A DNA stretch of 56,580 nucleotides from a virus (Duplodnaviria; Caudoviricetes), in the IMG/VR virus record IMGVR_UViG_3300032305_000763, positions 1 through 56,580 of that record, one strand, 5' to 3'. Under the pieces are notes generated by a model. It saw only the letters and a list, made by a program, of their open reading frames with translations, had not been told where the DNA came from and searched no databases. The position numbers and the translations under genes were made by a program. Position 1 is the stretch's first letter; each line of letters begins with the position of its first letter. Shown here piece after piece: positions 36,045 through 47,100 of the stretch.

Positions 36045-39000
36045 ATGGCTGATGTAAATGCTAATATTGGCGTACATATTGATACGTCAGCGGCACTGGC
36101 AGAACTTAAAAACTTACAGCGTCAATTAGCCAACTTCCATTCTTCTGTAGCAAAAAATAGTGCGGCTTCAGCAGCAGCACAGAAAAACCTACAGACTAAC
36201 CTTTTAAACGCTATCAACGCCACTGGCAAATTTTCTGCCCAGATGGGGTTGGTAAGAACTTCAACGGAGTCGTTTACTCACGCACTGGAGAAAAATAAAC
36301 TCTCTATGCGTGAGTATTTCCGTTATGCAGGCGGATCTACTAAATCATTTGGAAAGTTATTTAGACAAGAATTTGACACAATTGGCAAGGTAGCCGAAGA
36401 ACGTGTTAAGAAGATGCAAACCCAATATATCAAGATGGGTCGTGATGCATCTGGTGCTATGAAGGCAATGGCAATCACACCAAGAACATTGGACATGAAT
36501 GACTATGCCACAAAAACAGCATTAGCAGCACAGAAGCAAGCGTTATTTAATCAACTAGTAAAACAAGGATCAACCAACCTTTTAAACTTTGGTAAGAATA
36601 CTCAGTGGGCTGGTCGCCAGTTGATGGTTGGCTTTACAGTTCCACTTGCATATTTTGGTACAGCAGCAGCAAAAACATTTATGGATCTTGAAGCACAGGC
36701 TATTAAGTTCAAACGTGTTTATGGTGATATGTTTACTACAACAGATCAAACAAATAAGGCTCTTGACGATATTAGAGCATTGGCTGAAGAATTTACAAAG
36801 TATGGAGTTGCTGTTTCAAAGACTATGGAAATGGCAGCAAGTGCTGCAGCAATGGGTAAAACTGGAGCAGATCTTACAGCACAGGTAGCAGAGGCAACCA
36901 GACTTGCAGTCCTTGGTGGAGTAGAACAAGAGCAAGCACTTGAAACAACAATATCTCTTACAAATGCTTTTGGTACAGCATCAGAAGATTTAGCAAAGAA
37001 AATAAATTTCCTTAACTCTGTAGAAAACCAAACTGTTGTATCTATTGAAGACTTAACAATTGCAATTCCAAAGGCTGGTCCAGTTGTTCAGCAACTTGGT
37101 GGAGATGTAGAAGATTTAGCCTTCTTCCTTACAGCAATGAAGGAAGGTGGAATTAATGCATCAGAAGGTGCTAACGCACTTAAATCTGGTCTTGCATCTT
37201 TAATTAATCCAACTAAAAAAGCATCTGAAATGCTTGCAGGGTATGGCATTAATATTAAAGGAATTGTTGAAGCAAATAAGGGTGACATTAGAAATACAGT
37301 TATTGGATTTGCACAAGCACTTGATACAATTGATCCACTTAATCGTGCTCGTGCTATTGAACAGTTATTTGGTAAGTTCCAGTTTGCACGTCTATCTACA
37401 TTATTTCAAAACGTAACTAAAGATGGAACACAAGCATCAAGAGTTTTACAACTTGCAGGAGCATCTGTTGAAGAGTTAGCAATCTTATCGGAACGAGAGT
37501 TAGCAACAGTTGAAGATGCTGTTGGAGTTAAATTTAAATCAGCAGTAGAAGAACTTAAGTTAGCAATTGCTCCAATTGGAGAAACATTTTTAAAGGCAGT
37601 AACTCCAATAGTCAGGGTTATAGGAGACTTACTTGATAAGTTTAATAATCTTGGAGATGGAACAAAGAAGTTTATTGTAATAGCATCTACTCTTGTTGGA
37701 ATTATTGGACCAACTCTTTTAATGACATTTGGTCTTGTTGCTAACGGCGTAGCAAACATTATTAAGTTATTCCTTGCACTTCGTGGTGGATTCTTAAAGG
37801 CTGGTGGAAGCACTAAGATACTTGCAGAACAAACCAACTATATGAATTCAGAACAGATGGAGTCTGCAACTGTTGCTGCTTCTCTTAATCAAGCACACAC
37901 AAGACTTACACAATCATTTACAGCAGAAACTTCTGCAGTTAGACTGCTTCGTCAAGCATACATTGATGCCACCGTAGCAGCAGCAAACTTTGCTAGAGCA
38001 AATCCAGGAATGATGATGCCAGGAAGTAAGGGCGCCACACCAAAGAAATTTGCAAAGGGCTCTCCATATGTTCCAGGCACAGGCACTGGAGATACTGTTG
38101 CATCACTATTAACTCCTGGTGAAGCAGTTATTCCAAGAGACATTGCCCAAAATCCTCAGTTCCAACCACTTATTGAAGCACTTGTATCTGGAGAAATTCA
38201 AAAATATGAAGAGGGAACCGTCAACGTAGGTGGTAAATCATTTACAACAAGAAGCCAATCTGCAGCGTTAAATCTTCAAAAGAAAATTGAAGAGTTAAAG
38301 ACCAAGGGTTATTCAGAAGATAAAATCTTAAAGGCTTTAGAGAGAAATGCTGAACGTGGTAGACCAATGACGGCATCACAACTTGAAAGAAGACTTTCAG
38401 TTGGTAGAGGTGCAGGAACTGGAACGTCAGCACCATCAGCAATTAGAAATCTTGCAAAACAATCACAGTCTGGCTTTATGTCAGAAACTCGTGCAATAAA
38501 AGAAGTATTAAAGCGTCAAGGAATTGTTTTAACTCCAGCACAAGAAAAGAATTTATTTAATGTTCAAGCATCCCATATTGAAGAAGTTAGAAACTCAGGA
38601 GTAAAAGAATGGAAATCTAGCAATCTTGTTGCAGACCTTGGATATGTAAATAATTATCTAAATACCGTAAAGGGTAAACTTGGTCAACAACTGCTTGGAA
38701 TGTCTGATGAACAACTTAAGTCAATGGGAATAGACAGAAATGAACTTAAGAAGTTACAGTCTGGAACACATCCAACAAATGCTAGAGCAGCAGAAACATT
38801 ACGTGCTGTTGCTAGATATGATGCATCAATTAATCCAAATTCTTATCAAGCAAAGGCTGTCCTTGCTGGATTAGAATATCGCTCAAAGAGTAATTTTTAT
38901 TCACAGCCAATGAAAACTTTGGCAGATATAGCATCAACAAAAATAAAAAATATTAAGAATGGTGTTGTTGATGGTCAAACAGGTAAGGCAAAATCTCCAG

Positions 39001-42000
39001 CACTAAGTGTAGTTGGTGGTGGCGCTGCAGATAGACGACAAGTTGCTGTTGGTAAGGGAGAAACAATCCTTAACAAAAAAACAACAAATGCAATTAGAAG
39101 TGGACGTCCAGCATTTATTCCAGGTCTTGGAAGAATTAGAATTGCTGGAGCACAAGATGGTATTCCAACAGGACAAAAAACTGGAAGCACCACAGTTGGA
39201 GCGGTATCCCAATCAGCACAACTATCTAGGGCACAGTTAATAGCAGCAACAGAAAAGATAAGTTTAAAAGAAGCCAAGCGTAGAATAGCAGCAGAAACAA
39301 GACTTGCTAATGCTATGGATGATACAACCAAGGCTCAGCAAACAACAAGAGAAAAGTTAACACAATTTAGTTCAAAAGCAGGGATGGGTGTTGGAGCACT
39401 TAGTGGTTTGACAATCGCAGCATCCTTTGCTGGTGGAAAAGTTGGAGAAATGGCTCAAACCATTATGCCATTTGTTTTTGGTTTACAAGGAATACTAATG
39501 CTTCTACCAATGCTTGCAAATCCTTGGGTTGCAGCAGTTGCTGGATTAACAGCCCTTGTTGTTGGATTTAAGATGGTTGAATCAAATAATAGAAAGATGG
39601 CTCAAAAACAATCAGACTATATTGATTCTATTTCTGGAACAACAGATAAGATGAAAAAAATTGGTGAAATTACTGGTAAAGTAGGCGCCTCAGAAATTAT
39701 GTCTAGACGCAGAGAAGGCTCTTCTCCAGATGCGTTTAGCAAAGGATACAATAGAGCAGGTCAACAATTTGGAACTAACTTTATGGGCTCTGATGTTGGA
39801 AAACAAATTGCTAAAGGTTTTGGAGATAGTCTATTAACTCAAGATAGATCTGCAGCAGTAAAGCAATTTGCCCTACAGTTATCTGCGTATGTATCTGATG
39901 GAGTAATTGATGGTGTTCAGGCTGGAGATATTGCTAGACAGTTAGCGGTTGATTTCCAGGATATGAGTTTATACCCAAGCATAATTGGTCAACTAACAAG
40001 CATTATAGGACCAGATGGTGCTAACATACTAACAGACCCACTTAAAGTTAGAATGCAAATAATTAATGAACAAGGAAGTTTTTCTAAACTAATCTCAGAA
40101 GGAATAAATTCTGGAGATAGTGGAATAATTGGTAAAGCAGAAACAAGCAAGGCAAGATCAGCCGCCGCTGCTGGTACAGCCGCTGCCTATTCACAATCTT
40201 TAGAATTAGCAAAAGCACAAATAGATGCAACTAATTTACAGTATCAAAAAGATTTACAAGTTTTAGAAACTAAAAAGAATATTGCACAAACTGATAAAGA
40301 ACGTGTATCTATTCAGTCACAAATAACAACACTAAATGAAAAAAATCAAAAAGATAGCATTAAACTTGGATCTCAAGTTACAAAAATATTAAAAGACCAA
40401 GAGGCTGCTTTTGATAAAACATCAAGATCTTCACAAGGTTTGCGTCCTGGTCAAATCAATTTTGCACAAAATGCATTTATTGAGGCAAGCAAAAAACAAG
40501 TAATAGCAAAATTTGAAGGAAGTAAACTAGCAGAGCAGATACCAGCATTTTTAGAGACAACTAAAAATCTTGAAAGTAAAGACTTAGAGATTAAGATTAA
40601 TGCAATAGCAGCATCGGGAACAAATCCAGTACTGTTAACATCTTTAATGAAAATGTTTAAGGGTGATGAAAAAACATTAAATAAAGAAATAGACTTAGGA
40701 ATTGCAACAAGAGGTGCTGATGAAACTATTAATTTAATTGGAAGCCTTGGAATTTTAAAGGATGATAAAGTTAAGAAAGATTTATTCCTTAAGATTAACT
40801 CAGTATCAGACAAGACAAAGTTCGGTGATCTACAATCAACACTTACTAAAATTACTGAAATGGCTGGTAAAGATTTTGATGTAAATACATATTTAAAAAT
40901 TAATGGTTTTGAAAAATTAAATGCTCTTTCTGAAAAATTGAGACAAATTCAAAATGTTCCAGATCCGATAGTAAAAACTACACAACTAGAAAACTTAGGT
41001 CTAAGTTCAGAACAGTTCCAAGGAATTATTGCAAACTGGGAATACTTTATGTCATTGCCAGAAACTATTCGTAAGAATGCAATTACTACATACATAACTG
41101 CTTTTGAAATGACTGGACAAGAGGCTGTTGATGCAGAAATTAATAAGAGACTAGGAAAGTCTAAAGGTAGTTTACGTGCAAGAGCAAAAGCAGGATTGTC
41201 TACTCCTGAATCAAGAGCAAAAATTCAAGCAGAACTTGCAGCCCGTGCAACAAAACCACAATATCTTCCAGGTCAGACACCACCTAAAAAACCAGTAGGT
41301 GGAGATGGCGGTGACGGAGATACAGGTTCAAGAGATACCACACTTGACAATATTCTAAACCGTTTAAAGATGGTTCGTGAGCAATCGATCAAGGCTACTG
41401 GCGGAGTAAAAGAATTATTAAGGGTAACTGGTGGTAAAGGTTTAACTCAATTTGGTGGAGTTATGCAAGATCTACTTAAAACTCCTGGCGGAATAAATAG
41501 AGAGTTCCTTGACTTTATTAATCAAATGGATGATAAGACTCGTAAAATTTATTTAACAGAAAAAAATGGTACTGCAATATTAACAAGTAAAGGTAAGGCA
41601 CTTAAAGAGGCATATGATGAAGCAATAATTGGTGAGTATCAGTATTCACAACAGGAAAGTTTAGATGCCGCTAAGGGTCAACTTGCTGCCCTTCAAAAAT
41701 TAAAGGCTGCTGGAGTTCCTACTGCACAGGCAGTTGAAATGGTTGCTGATGCTGCACTTGCAGTTGCTATAAATAGCACAGATATTAGTTCTGAAGAATT
41801 AAAGAGGATGGCGGCAAACGCTAAGACAGCCGCAGATGAGTTAGAAAGAGTTGGTCTTGCTCTAAGTATGTCAACTGCTGCTGGAAAAATAGATATAGTT
41901 CAGGGAGAAGCATCAAAGGCAAATGATTACTTTGATAAACAAGGTGCTCTAATTGAACAACAAAGAAGCGCATCTCCAGAGTATAAAGCATTAACTTCTC

Positions 42001-43529
42001 AAATTGAAAATCAAACTGCAGCAATTGATAAGGCTAATGCTGCAATAGATGGATATCAATCAAGCATTGATGCTGCTCAACGTGATCTTGAAGTAAATGC
42101 TGTTTATGGTAGTCGAGTAATTGACAATCTTAATGCACAGGTTGATACATTAAATAGAACTGCTGAAATTAATTTTGATAGACCACTTGCACTTCTAAGC
42201 GATGAATCTAACATTTTGTCTAACACCCTTGGTCTTATTGATAGAGCAGAAGAAGGAATAAATAAAAAGTATGATGCTCAAGAAGAAGCATTATCTAAAA
42301 TCTCACAACTTAACTCTGAAATTGCTGCACAAGAAAAACAAAGACTAACACTTGCTGATGCATTAAGCCAAGGAGATATATCTGCTGCTGCTGCCGCTGC
42401 TCAAGACATGAGAACTGCTGCTGCAGAGGCTGCTACACGTAGAGCATCTGGAACATTAGACGCTGCCCGTCAGGGAGAACTTGAAGCAGTATCCGTTAAT
42501 GGAATGACAAGAACACAAATTCAAGAACGTCAATTCCAAATAAGTCAACAAACATTTGCATTAGAGCAACAACGTCAAGTAGTTGAAGCACAGATACTTG
42601 CAATACAAGATCAGATTTATCTTAAGGAACAATTAAGACTTCCACAAATCGCAGCCATTCGTGGATACCAAGACCAGATATATACAGTACAAACCAATCA
42701 ACTTATACCTGCACAACAACTTCTTGAAAAGGCAATGTTCTCAAAAGATGCTTATGAAAAAATGACTACAGAGTTAATTGCACAACAAACCTATCTTGGA
42801 CTAACAAAAGATGGATGGACCAATATAACTACTGAATTAATTGCTGCAGAGTCTATGAATAAAAAAATTGAAGATGAGACTTCTGCAACTGCTATCGCAG
42901 CGAAGGCTATATTAGATAGTTGGACAAATACTAAACCAGCACTTGATAATGCTGAAAAGCCAGCAACCACACTTAAAGATATTACATCTGCAACTGCAAT
43001 AAAAGCAGCGGGAATTCTTGCATCTTGGAATGCATTAAATAGAACATTTACCACAACACATATAATTAAAACTATTTATGTAAGTGAGGGTAAAACTGAT
43101 ACACAAAAGAAAATGTATGGTGGAGAAATTATGCCAATGAACTATGGTGGAATGGTTCCTAAGTATATGGCTATGGGTGGTGCAGTTGGATCTGATACCG
43201 TCCCCGCAATGCTTACACCTGGAGAGTTCGTAATGAATAAGGCTGCAACCAAGAGATTTGGTCCAATGCTTTCTGAAATGAACAACTCCAAATTCCCTTC
43301 AATGATTCAAGACATGACTCCAGCAGTCTACTCATCTAATAATTCATCTGTCGTAATGCCTACAATAACCTCAGTAGCAACAACTGTCTCAGATAGTTCT
43401 AGCACCATGTATAATTATAATATTGGAATTACAGTTCCACAATCAAATGCAAGTTCTAATGACATTGCTAGATCAGTTATTAGTCAGATTAAGTATATTG
43501 ATTCACAGAGAATTAGAGGGCAGAAATAA
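36045..43529 (+). CDS. Tape measure protein, 2494 aa
   Basis: TP901-type core, TM-like segments, long coiled coils, GSDTVPAMLTPGEFVMN motif. Confidence 0.95.
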   Translation: MADVNANIGVHIDTSAALAELKNLQRQLANFHSSVAKNSAASAAAQKNLQTNLLNAINATGKFSAQMGLVRTSTESFTHALEKNKLSMREYFRYAGGSTKSFGKLFRQEFDTIGKVAEERVKKMQTQYIKMGRDASGAMKAMAITPRTLDMNDYATKTALAAQKQALFNQLVKQGSTNLLNFGKNTQWAGRQLMVGFTVPLAYFGTAAAKTFMDLEAQAIKFKRVYGDMFTTTDQTNKALDDIRALAEEFTKYGVAVSKTMEMAASAAAMGKTGADLTAQVAEATRLAVLGGVEQEQALETTISLTNAFGTASEDLAKKINFLNSVENQTVVSIEDLTIAIPKAGPVVQQLGGDVEDLAFFLTAMKEGGINASEGANALKSGLASLINPTKKASEMLAGYGINIKGIVEANKGDIRNTVIGFAQALDTIDPLNRARAIEQLFGKFQFARLSTLFQNVTKDGTQASRVLQLAGASVEELAILSERELATVEDAVGVKFKSAVEELKLAIAPIGETFLKAVTPIVRVIGDLLDKFNNLGDGTKKFIVIASTLVGIIGPTLLMTFGLVANGVANIIKLFLALRGGFLKAGGSTKILAEQTNYMNSEQMESATVAASLNQAHTRLTQSFTAETSAVRLLRQAYIDATVAAANFARANPGMMMPGSKGATPKKFAKGSPYVPGTGTGDTVASLLTPGEAVIPRDIAQNPQFQPLIEALVSGEIQKYEEGTVNVGGKSFTTRSQSAALNLQKKIEELKTKGYSEDKILKALERNAERGRPMTASQLERRLSVGRGAGTGTSAPSAIRNLAKQSQSGFMSETRAIKEVLKRQGIVLTPAQEKNLFNVQASHIEEVRNSGVKEWKSSNLVADLGYVNNYLNTVKGKLGQQLLGMSDEQLKSMGIDRNELKKLQSGTHPTNARAAETLRAVARYDASINPNSYQAKAVLAGLEYRSKSNFYSQPMKTLADIASTKIKNIKNGVVDGQTGKAKSPALSVVGGGAADRRQVAVGKGETILNKKTTNAIRSGRPAFIPGLGRIRIAGAQDGIPTGQKTGSTTVGAVSQSAQLSRAQLIAATEKISLKEAKRRIAAETRLANAMDDTTKAQQTTREKLTQFSSKAGMGVGALSGLTIAASFAGGKVGEMAQTIMPFVFGLQGILMLLPMLANPWVAAVAGLTALVVGFKMVESNNRKMAQKQSDYIDSISGTTDKMKKIGEITGKVGASEIMSRRREGSSPDAFSKGYNRAGQQFGTNFMGSDVGKQIAKGFGDSLLTQDRSAAVKQFALQLSAYVSDGVIDGVQAGDIARQLAVDFQDMSLYPSIIGQLTSIIGPDGANILTDPLKVRMQIINEQGSFSKLISEGINSGDSGIIGKAETSKARSAAAAGTAAAYSQSLELAKAQIDATNLQYQKDLQVLETKKNIAQTDKERVSIQSQITTLNEKNQKDSIKLGSQVTKILKDQEAAFDKTSRSSQGLRPGQINFAQNAFIEASKKQVIAKFEGSKLAEQIPAFLETTKNLESKDLEIKINAIAASGTNPVLLTSLMKMFKGDEKTLNKEIDLGIATRGADETINLIGSLGILKDDKVKKDLFLKINSVSDKTKFGDLQSTLTKITEMAGKDFDVNTYLKINGFEKLNALSEKLRQIQNVPDPIVKTTQLENLGLSSEQFQGIIANWEYFMSLPETIRKNAITTYITAFEMTGQEAVDAEINKRLGKSKGSLRARAKAGLSTPESRAKIQAELAARATKPQYLPGQTPPKKPVGGDGGDGDTGSRDTTLDNILNRLKMVREQSIKATGGVKELLRVTGGKGLTQFGGVMQDLLKTPGGINREFLDFINQMDDKTRKIYLTEKNGTAILTSKGKALKEAYDEAIIGEYQYSQQESLDAAKGQLAALQKLKAAGVPTAQAVEMVADAALAVAINSTDISSEELKRMAANAKTAADELERVGLALSMSTAAGKIDIVQGEASKANDYFDKQGALIEQQRSASPEYKALTSQIENQTAAIDKANAAIDGYQSSIDAAQRDLEVNAVYGSRVIDNLNAQVDTLNRTAEINFDRPLALLSDESNILSNTLGLIDRAEEGINKKYDAQEEALSKISQLNSEIAAQEKQRLTLADALSQGDISAAAAAAQDMRTAAAEAATRRASGTLDAARQGELEAVSVNGMTRTQIQERQFQISQQTFALEQQRQVVEAQILAIQDQIYLKEQLRLPQIAAIRGYQDQIYTVQTNQLIPAQQLLEKAMFSKDAYEKMTTELIAQQTYLGLTKDGWTNITTELIAAESMNKKIEDETSATAIAAKAILDSWTNTKPALDNAEKPATTLKDITSATAIKAAGILASWNALNRTFTTTHIIKTIYVSEGKTDTQKKMYGGEIMPMNYGGMVPKYMAMGGAVGSDTVPAMLTPGEFVMNKAATKRFGPMLSEMNNSKFPSMIQDMTPAVYSSNNSSVVMPTITSVATTVSDSSSTMYNYNIGITVPQSNASSNDIARSVISQIKYIDSQRIRGQK

Positions 43530-44170
43530 TGGCTACCGCAGCATATTTAACAGGTCGTCGTAGATACCAGAGACCACAGGCTCTCCTTTGGTCTGAGAAT
43601 GCAGGAACTCTTGTAGATGGACTTTATGTACCAACAGGCTATGAAATAGGCACAGACGCACCAGAGGGGGCTGCTGAAGCCCTTCTAGACCAGTTCCTAA
43701 TACTCTCTGACCATAATCGAGGGGAACTTCAATTTAAACCAACAAGAATAGAACAACGTCAAAGGACTATCAATGGAAGAATGAGATCCTATCATATTGC
43801 AGATAAACTAACCATGTCATTATTCTGGAATAATCTACCATCTAGAGGTTTTTATTTACCAGCAGATTTTAATTCTACAACTGGCACATCTCCATATAAG
43901 AATGTTGCTGGTCAAGAATATACAGCAGATGGTGGAGCAGGTGGAGTTGAACTACTTGACTGGTATGAAAATCATAAAGGTCCGTTTTGGATGTATCTAG
44001 CATACGATAAGTATAATAATTTTGGTAAAGATAATAATGCTTATACCCATCTAGCACAATATAATCAAATTATGCAGGTTTACTTTGCCGACTTTAACTA
44101 TACCGTTGTAAAACGTGGTGGGGCTAACCATGATCTTTGGAATATTTCGGTAACCCTGGAAGAGGTCTAG
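43529..44170 (+). CDS. Putative distal tail (Dit-like) protein
   Basis: Directly after TMP; RTINGRMRSY, WNISVTLEEV. Confidence 0.7.
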   Translation: MATAAYLTGRRRYQRPQALLWSENAGTLVDGLYVPTGYEIGTDAPEGAAEALLDQFLILSDHNRGELQFKPTRIEQRQRTINGRMRSYHIADKLTMSLFWNNLPSRGFYLPADFNSTTGTSPYKNVAGQEYTADGGAGGVELLDWYENHKGPFWMYLAYDKYNNFGKDNNAYTHLAQYNQIMQVYFADFNYTVVKRGGANHDLWNISVTLEEV

Positions 44171-44171
44171 A

Positions 44172-47100
44172 GTGTTTGTCAATGAAGCGCTAAAGACTCA
44201 CCTAGAAACATCTGCAACAGTTAAGTTGCAATCACTTATTTTGGCTGAGTGGAATATGAATATGCCAGATAATATTTATAAACTTGGAAACTATAGATAT
44301 AGACCAACAGATACTTCATCTCAATATTTTACTTTGCCAAATGATTTTGATCAACTTGACTCAGGAAACTATTTTACTGGAGCAACAGATGCAGATGTTG
44401 TAGTAGACGGTGGTTTTACAAATGCTGATGTTCCTCAATTATTTACATCCACTAAAGATAAAATGAAGATGATTTATTCATTAGAAGATTGTTTAAAGCC
44501 ATTTAGACCAAGATCAGGAATTAATAAGCCGCTATATTTTAATAATAAGTTTCTAGCAAACTCTGGTGCTTCGATGGCACAAAGACCAAGATATTATATG
44601 CCATCAAGATATGATGAGTTTAAGTATTGGACATCATATAGAACAGAAAACAATGTTGAACGTGGTATTGCTAAAAATATATCAAATGATTTATACTACA
44701 TAGATGATGCAGTTCCATTTGTAGTTTATAAAGAAAATGTTCCAACAAATCGTATTGTTGTAAAAATGCAAACAAATGTTGGAGATGTTGACCTTGGTCC
44801 TTTTGCTACATCGTCAACACCTATAGCAGATCCATTATTTGGAACTACAAACAAAACAACGCCAGCAAGATGGAAAATTCAATACTTAAAAGACAATGGA
44901 TGGATCGATGCATACTCATTTAGAGAAACCGATACACGTAGTTCTGGAGATCCAATTATTGATACAGATGGATATGTTGAACTTGAGTATGGATTAAAAA
45001 TACCAGAAGAGTATCAATCATCATTTATTTTTGCTGAAACACTTTCTTCAGATACATTATTGCCAGAAGCAAGCATAGAAGGATACGCATACCTTATAAT
45101 TGAAAATGAAGGTGATCGTGGAACATTTCATATATGGACAAATGGTGCATATGCTACCTTTACTCCAGAGTATGGATGGAAACTTGGGGCAGAGGAAGTA
45201 GCAAATAATACTAATTTTGTAACAGACCTAACATCTCCAGACTCATTTGATAATGATATTGAAGGCGGTATAGTATATAGAGAGTTTGAATATGTGCGGG
45301 GTATTCGTATTGTTGTAGATACAATGAATAAGTTTGACTCTACATTCGATCTAATTGAAATGTCACCTAGACTGGTAGTTGATATATCAGATAAGGCTAT
45401 TGATTTTAAAATTACTAAAACACTTTCTGATATTGGAATTACATCTTTACCTGTTGGACAGTTGCTTGCATCTAATGGGGAGATATCATTATTTGATGAT
45501 GACCAAGCGTTTAATGATCAGAATTCATCAAGCATAGTTGCAAATTATGTTAGAAAAAATATTAAGTTTAATTTTTATGAAGTCATCCTGGACATTGACG
45601 GTTTTGATTATTATGTTCCTATAAAGACTCTATACTCAGAAGGCTTTCCACAGGCAGACGTTACTGCTGGAACTATATCTATTCAACTAAGAGATTTCTT
45701 TTTCTTCTTGGAGTCTATGCCAGCACCAAGATTATTAACTACACAAACATCATTAAGTTATGCTATAACAACATTACTAGACTATATTGGATTTACAAAT
45801 TATGTCTTTAGACGTGTAACTGGAGAATCAGATCCTATCATCCCATACTTTTTTGTAGCACCAGATCAAAACGTAGCACAGGTTTTAAATCAACTAGCGC
45901 TTGCAACTCAAACCGCTATGTTTTTTGATGAGTATAATAATTTCATAGTTATGAGCAAAGACTATTTGATGCCTACAGAAGCACAGAGAGAAACAGACTT
46001 TGTATTTTCTGGTTCAAATAATCAAACAGATTCTGGAGTAACTGAAAATGCTACATCTGGAAATCTTCCAAACATTCTATCAATTGCATCAAAAGATAAA
46101 AAGATTTATAATGATGGAAAGATTAACTATACAACCAGATATATTCAAAGATCAACTGGAAGCCTTAAACAGTCAAGTATGATTGACCAGAATAAAACAT
46201 GGATATATAAGCCATCGCTATTATGGGAAGTTTCAGGAACAGATAATACAAAAACTATTAATGAGATAGCATCAAAGCAGGGTAGTTATGTATTAGGAGC
46301 AATGCCACTAAACTCTTTAATTCCCCCAACAGCACCAACAGTTATTAATCATGCTATTACTAACAACGTCTTAGATCTTGGAGAAAATATTTATTGGCTA
46401 ACAAGATATAACGGATACCTATACTCAAATGGAGAGATTATTAGATATGATGCCGCTGAGTTTAACGTAACTGGAACTGGTAATGTTTGGATTAGCAGTA
46501 ACCAAGAGTATCAAAGATATTTTGCATCAATACCATTTAATGGAAAAATATACCCAACGGGCTTAGTTAGAATTTATTCAATACCATACTATGAGACTGT
46601 TGATGGAATAACAAGGCTACAAAATGGGGCTGTTGTTGAACATGGTCGTGGACAATTTGGCACAACCATTACAACACATACCGCTGGTATTAATGACTAT
46701 TGGTCTAATAATAATTATGTTCGTGGATGCAATATGCAGGCTGGGTATATGTTTACAACAAGGTTAGATGAAGATGTTACCTATCCAGCAACTACTGTTG
46801 GAGCAGCGGGAGTTGATAATGTTACCGCAAGACAAACAACACGCAATGGAATTATTAAAAACTTTATGGCAACTAATTATTTAACTGAGACACAAACAAA
46901 TAATTTAAAAAGCACTGAAACTGGAACAATTCAATCTTCTGCATTAGTTATGAATGGTCCATCTTTTAAAACTACAGACACTCCATTAAACTTTGTGTCT
47001 TATGTTTATAAAGAGTTAAACAGTGCATATAAGCATTTTGGAACAAGAGTTAGAATTGTTGGCAAGGTAGAAAATAATACAAGTAGAACTCAGACCCCAA

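Noticed and set aside
34952-36045. Programmed -1 frameshift in the tail chaperone
   Set aside because: Both chaperone ORFs are complete, separately initiated and need no frameshift.
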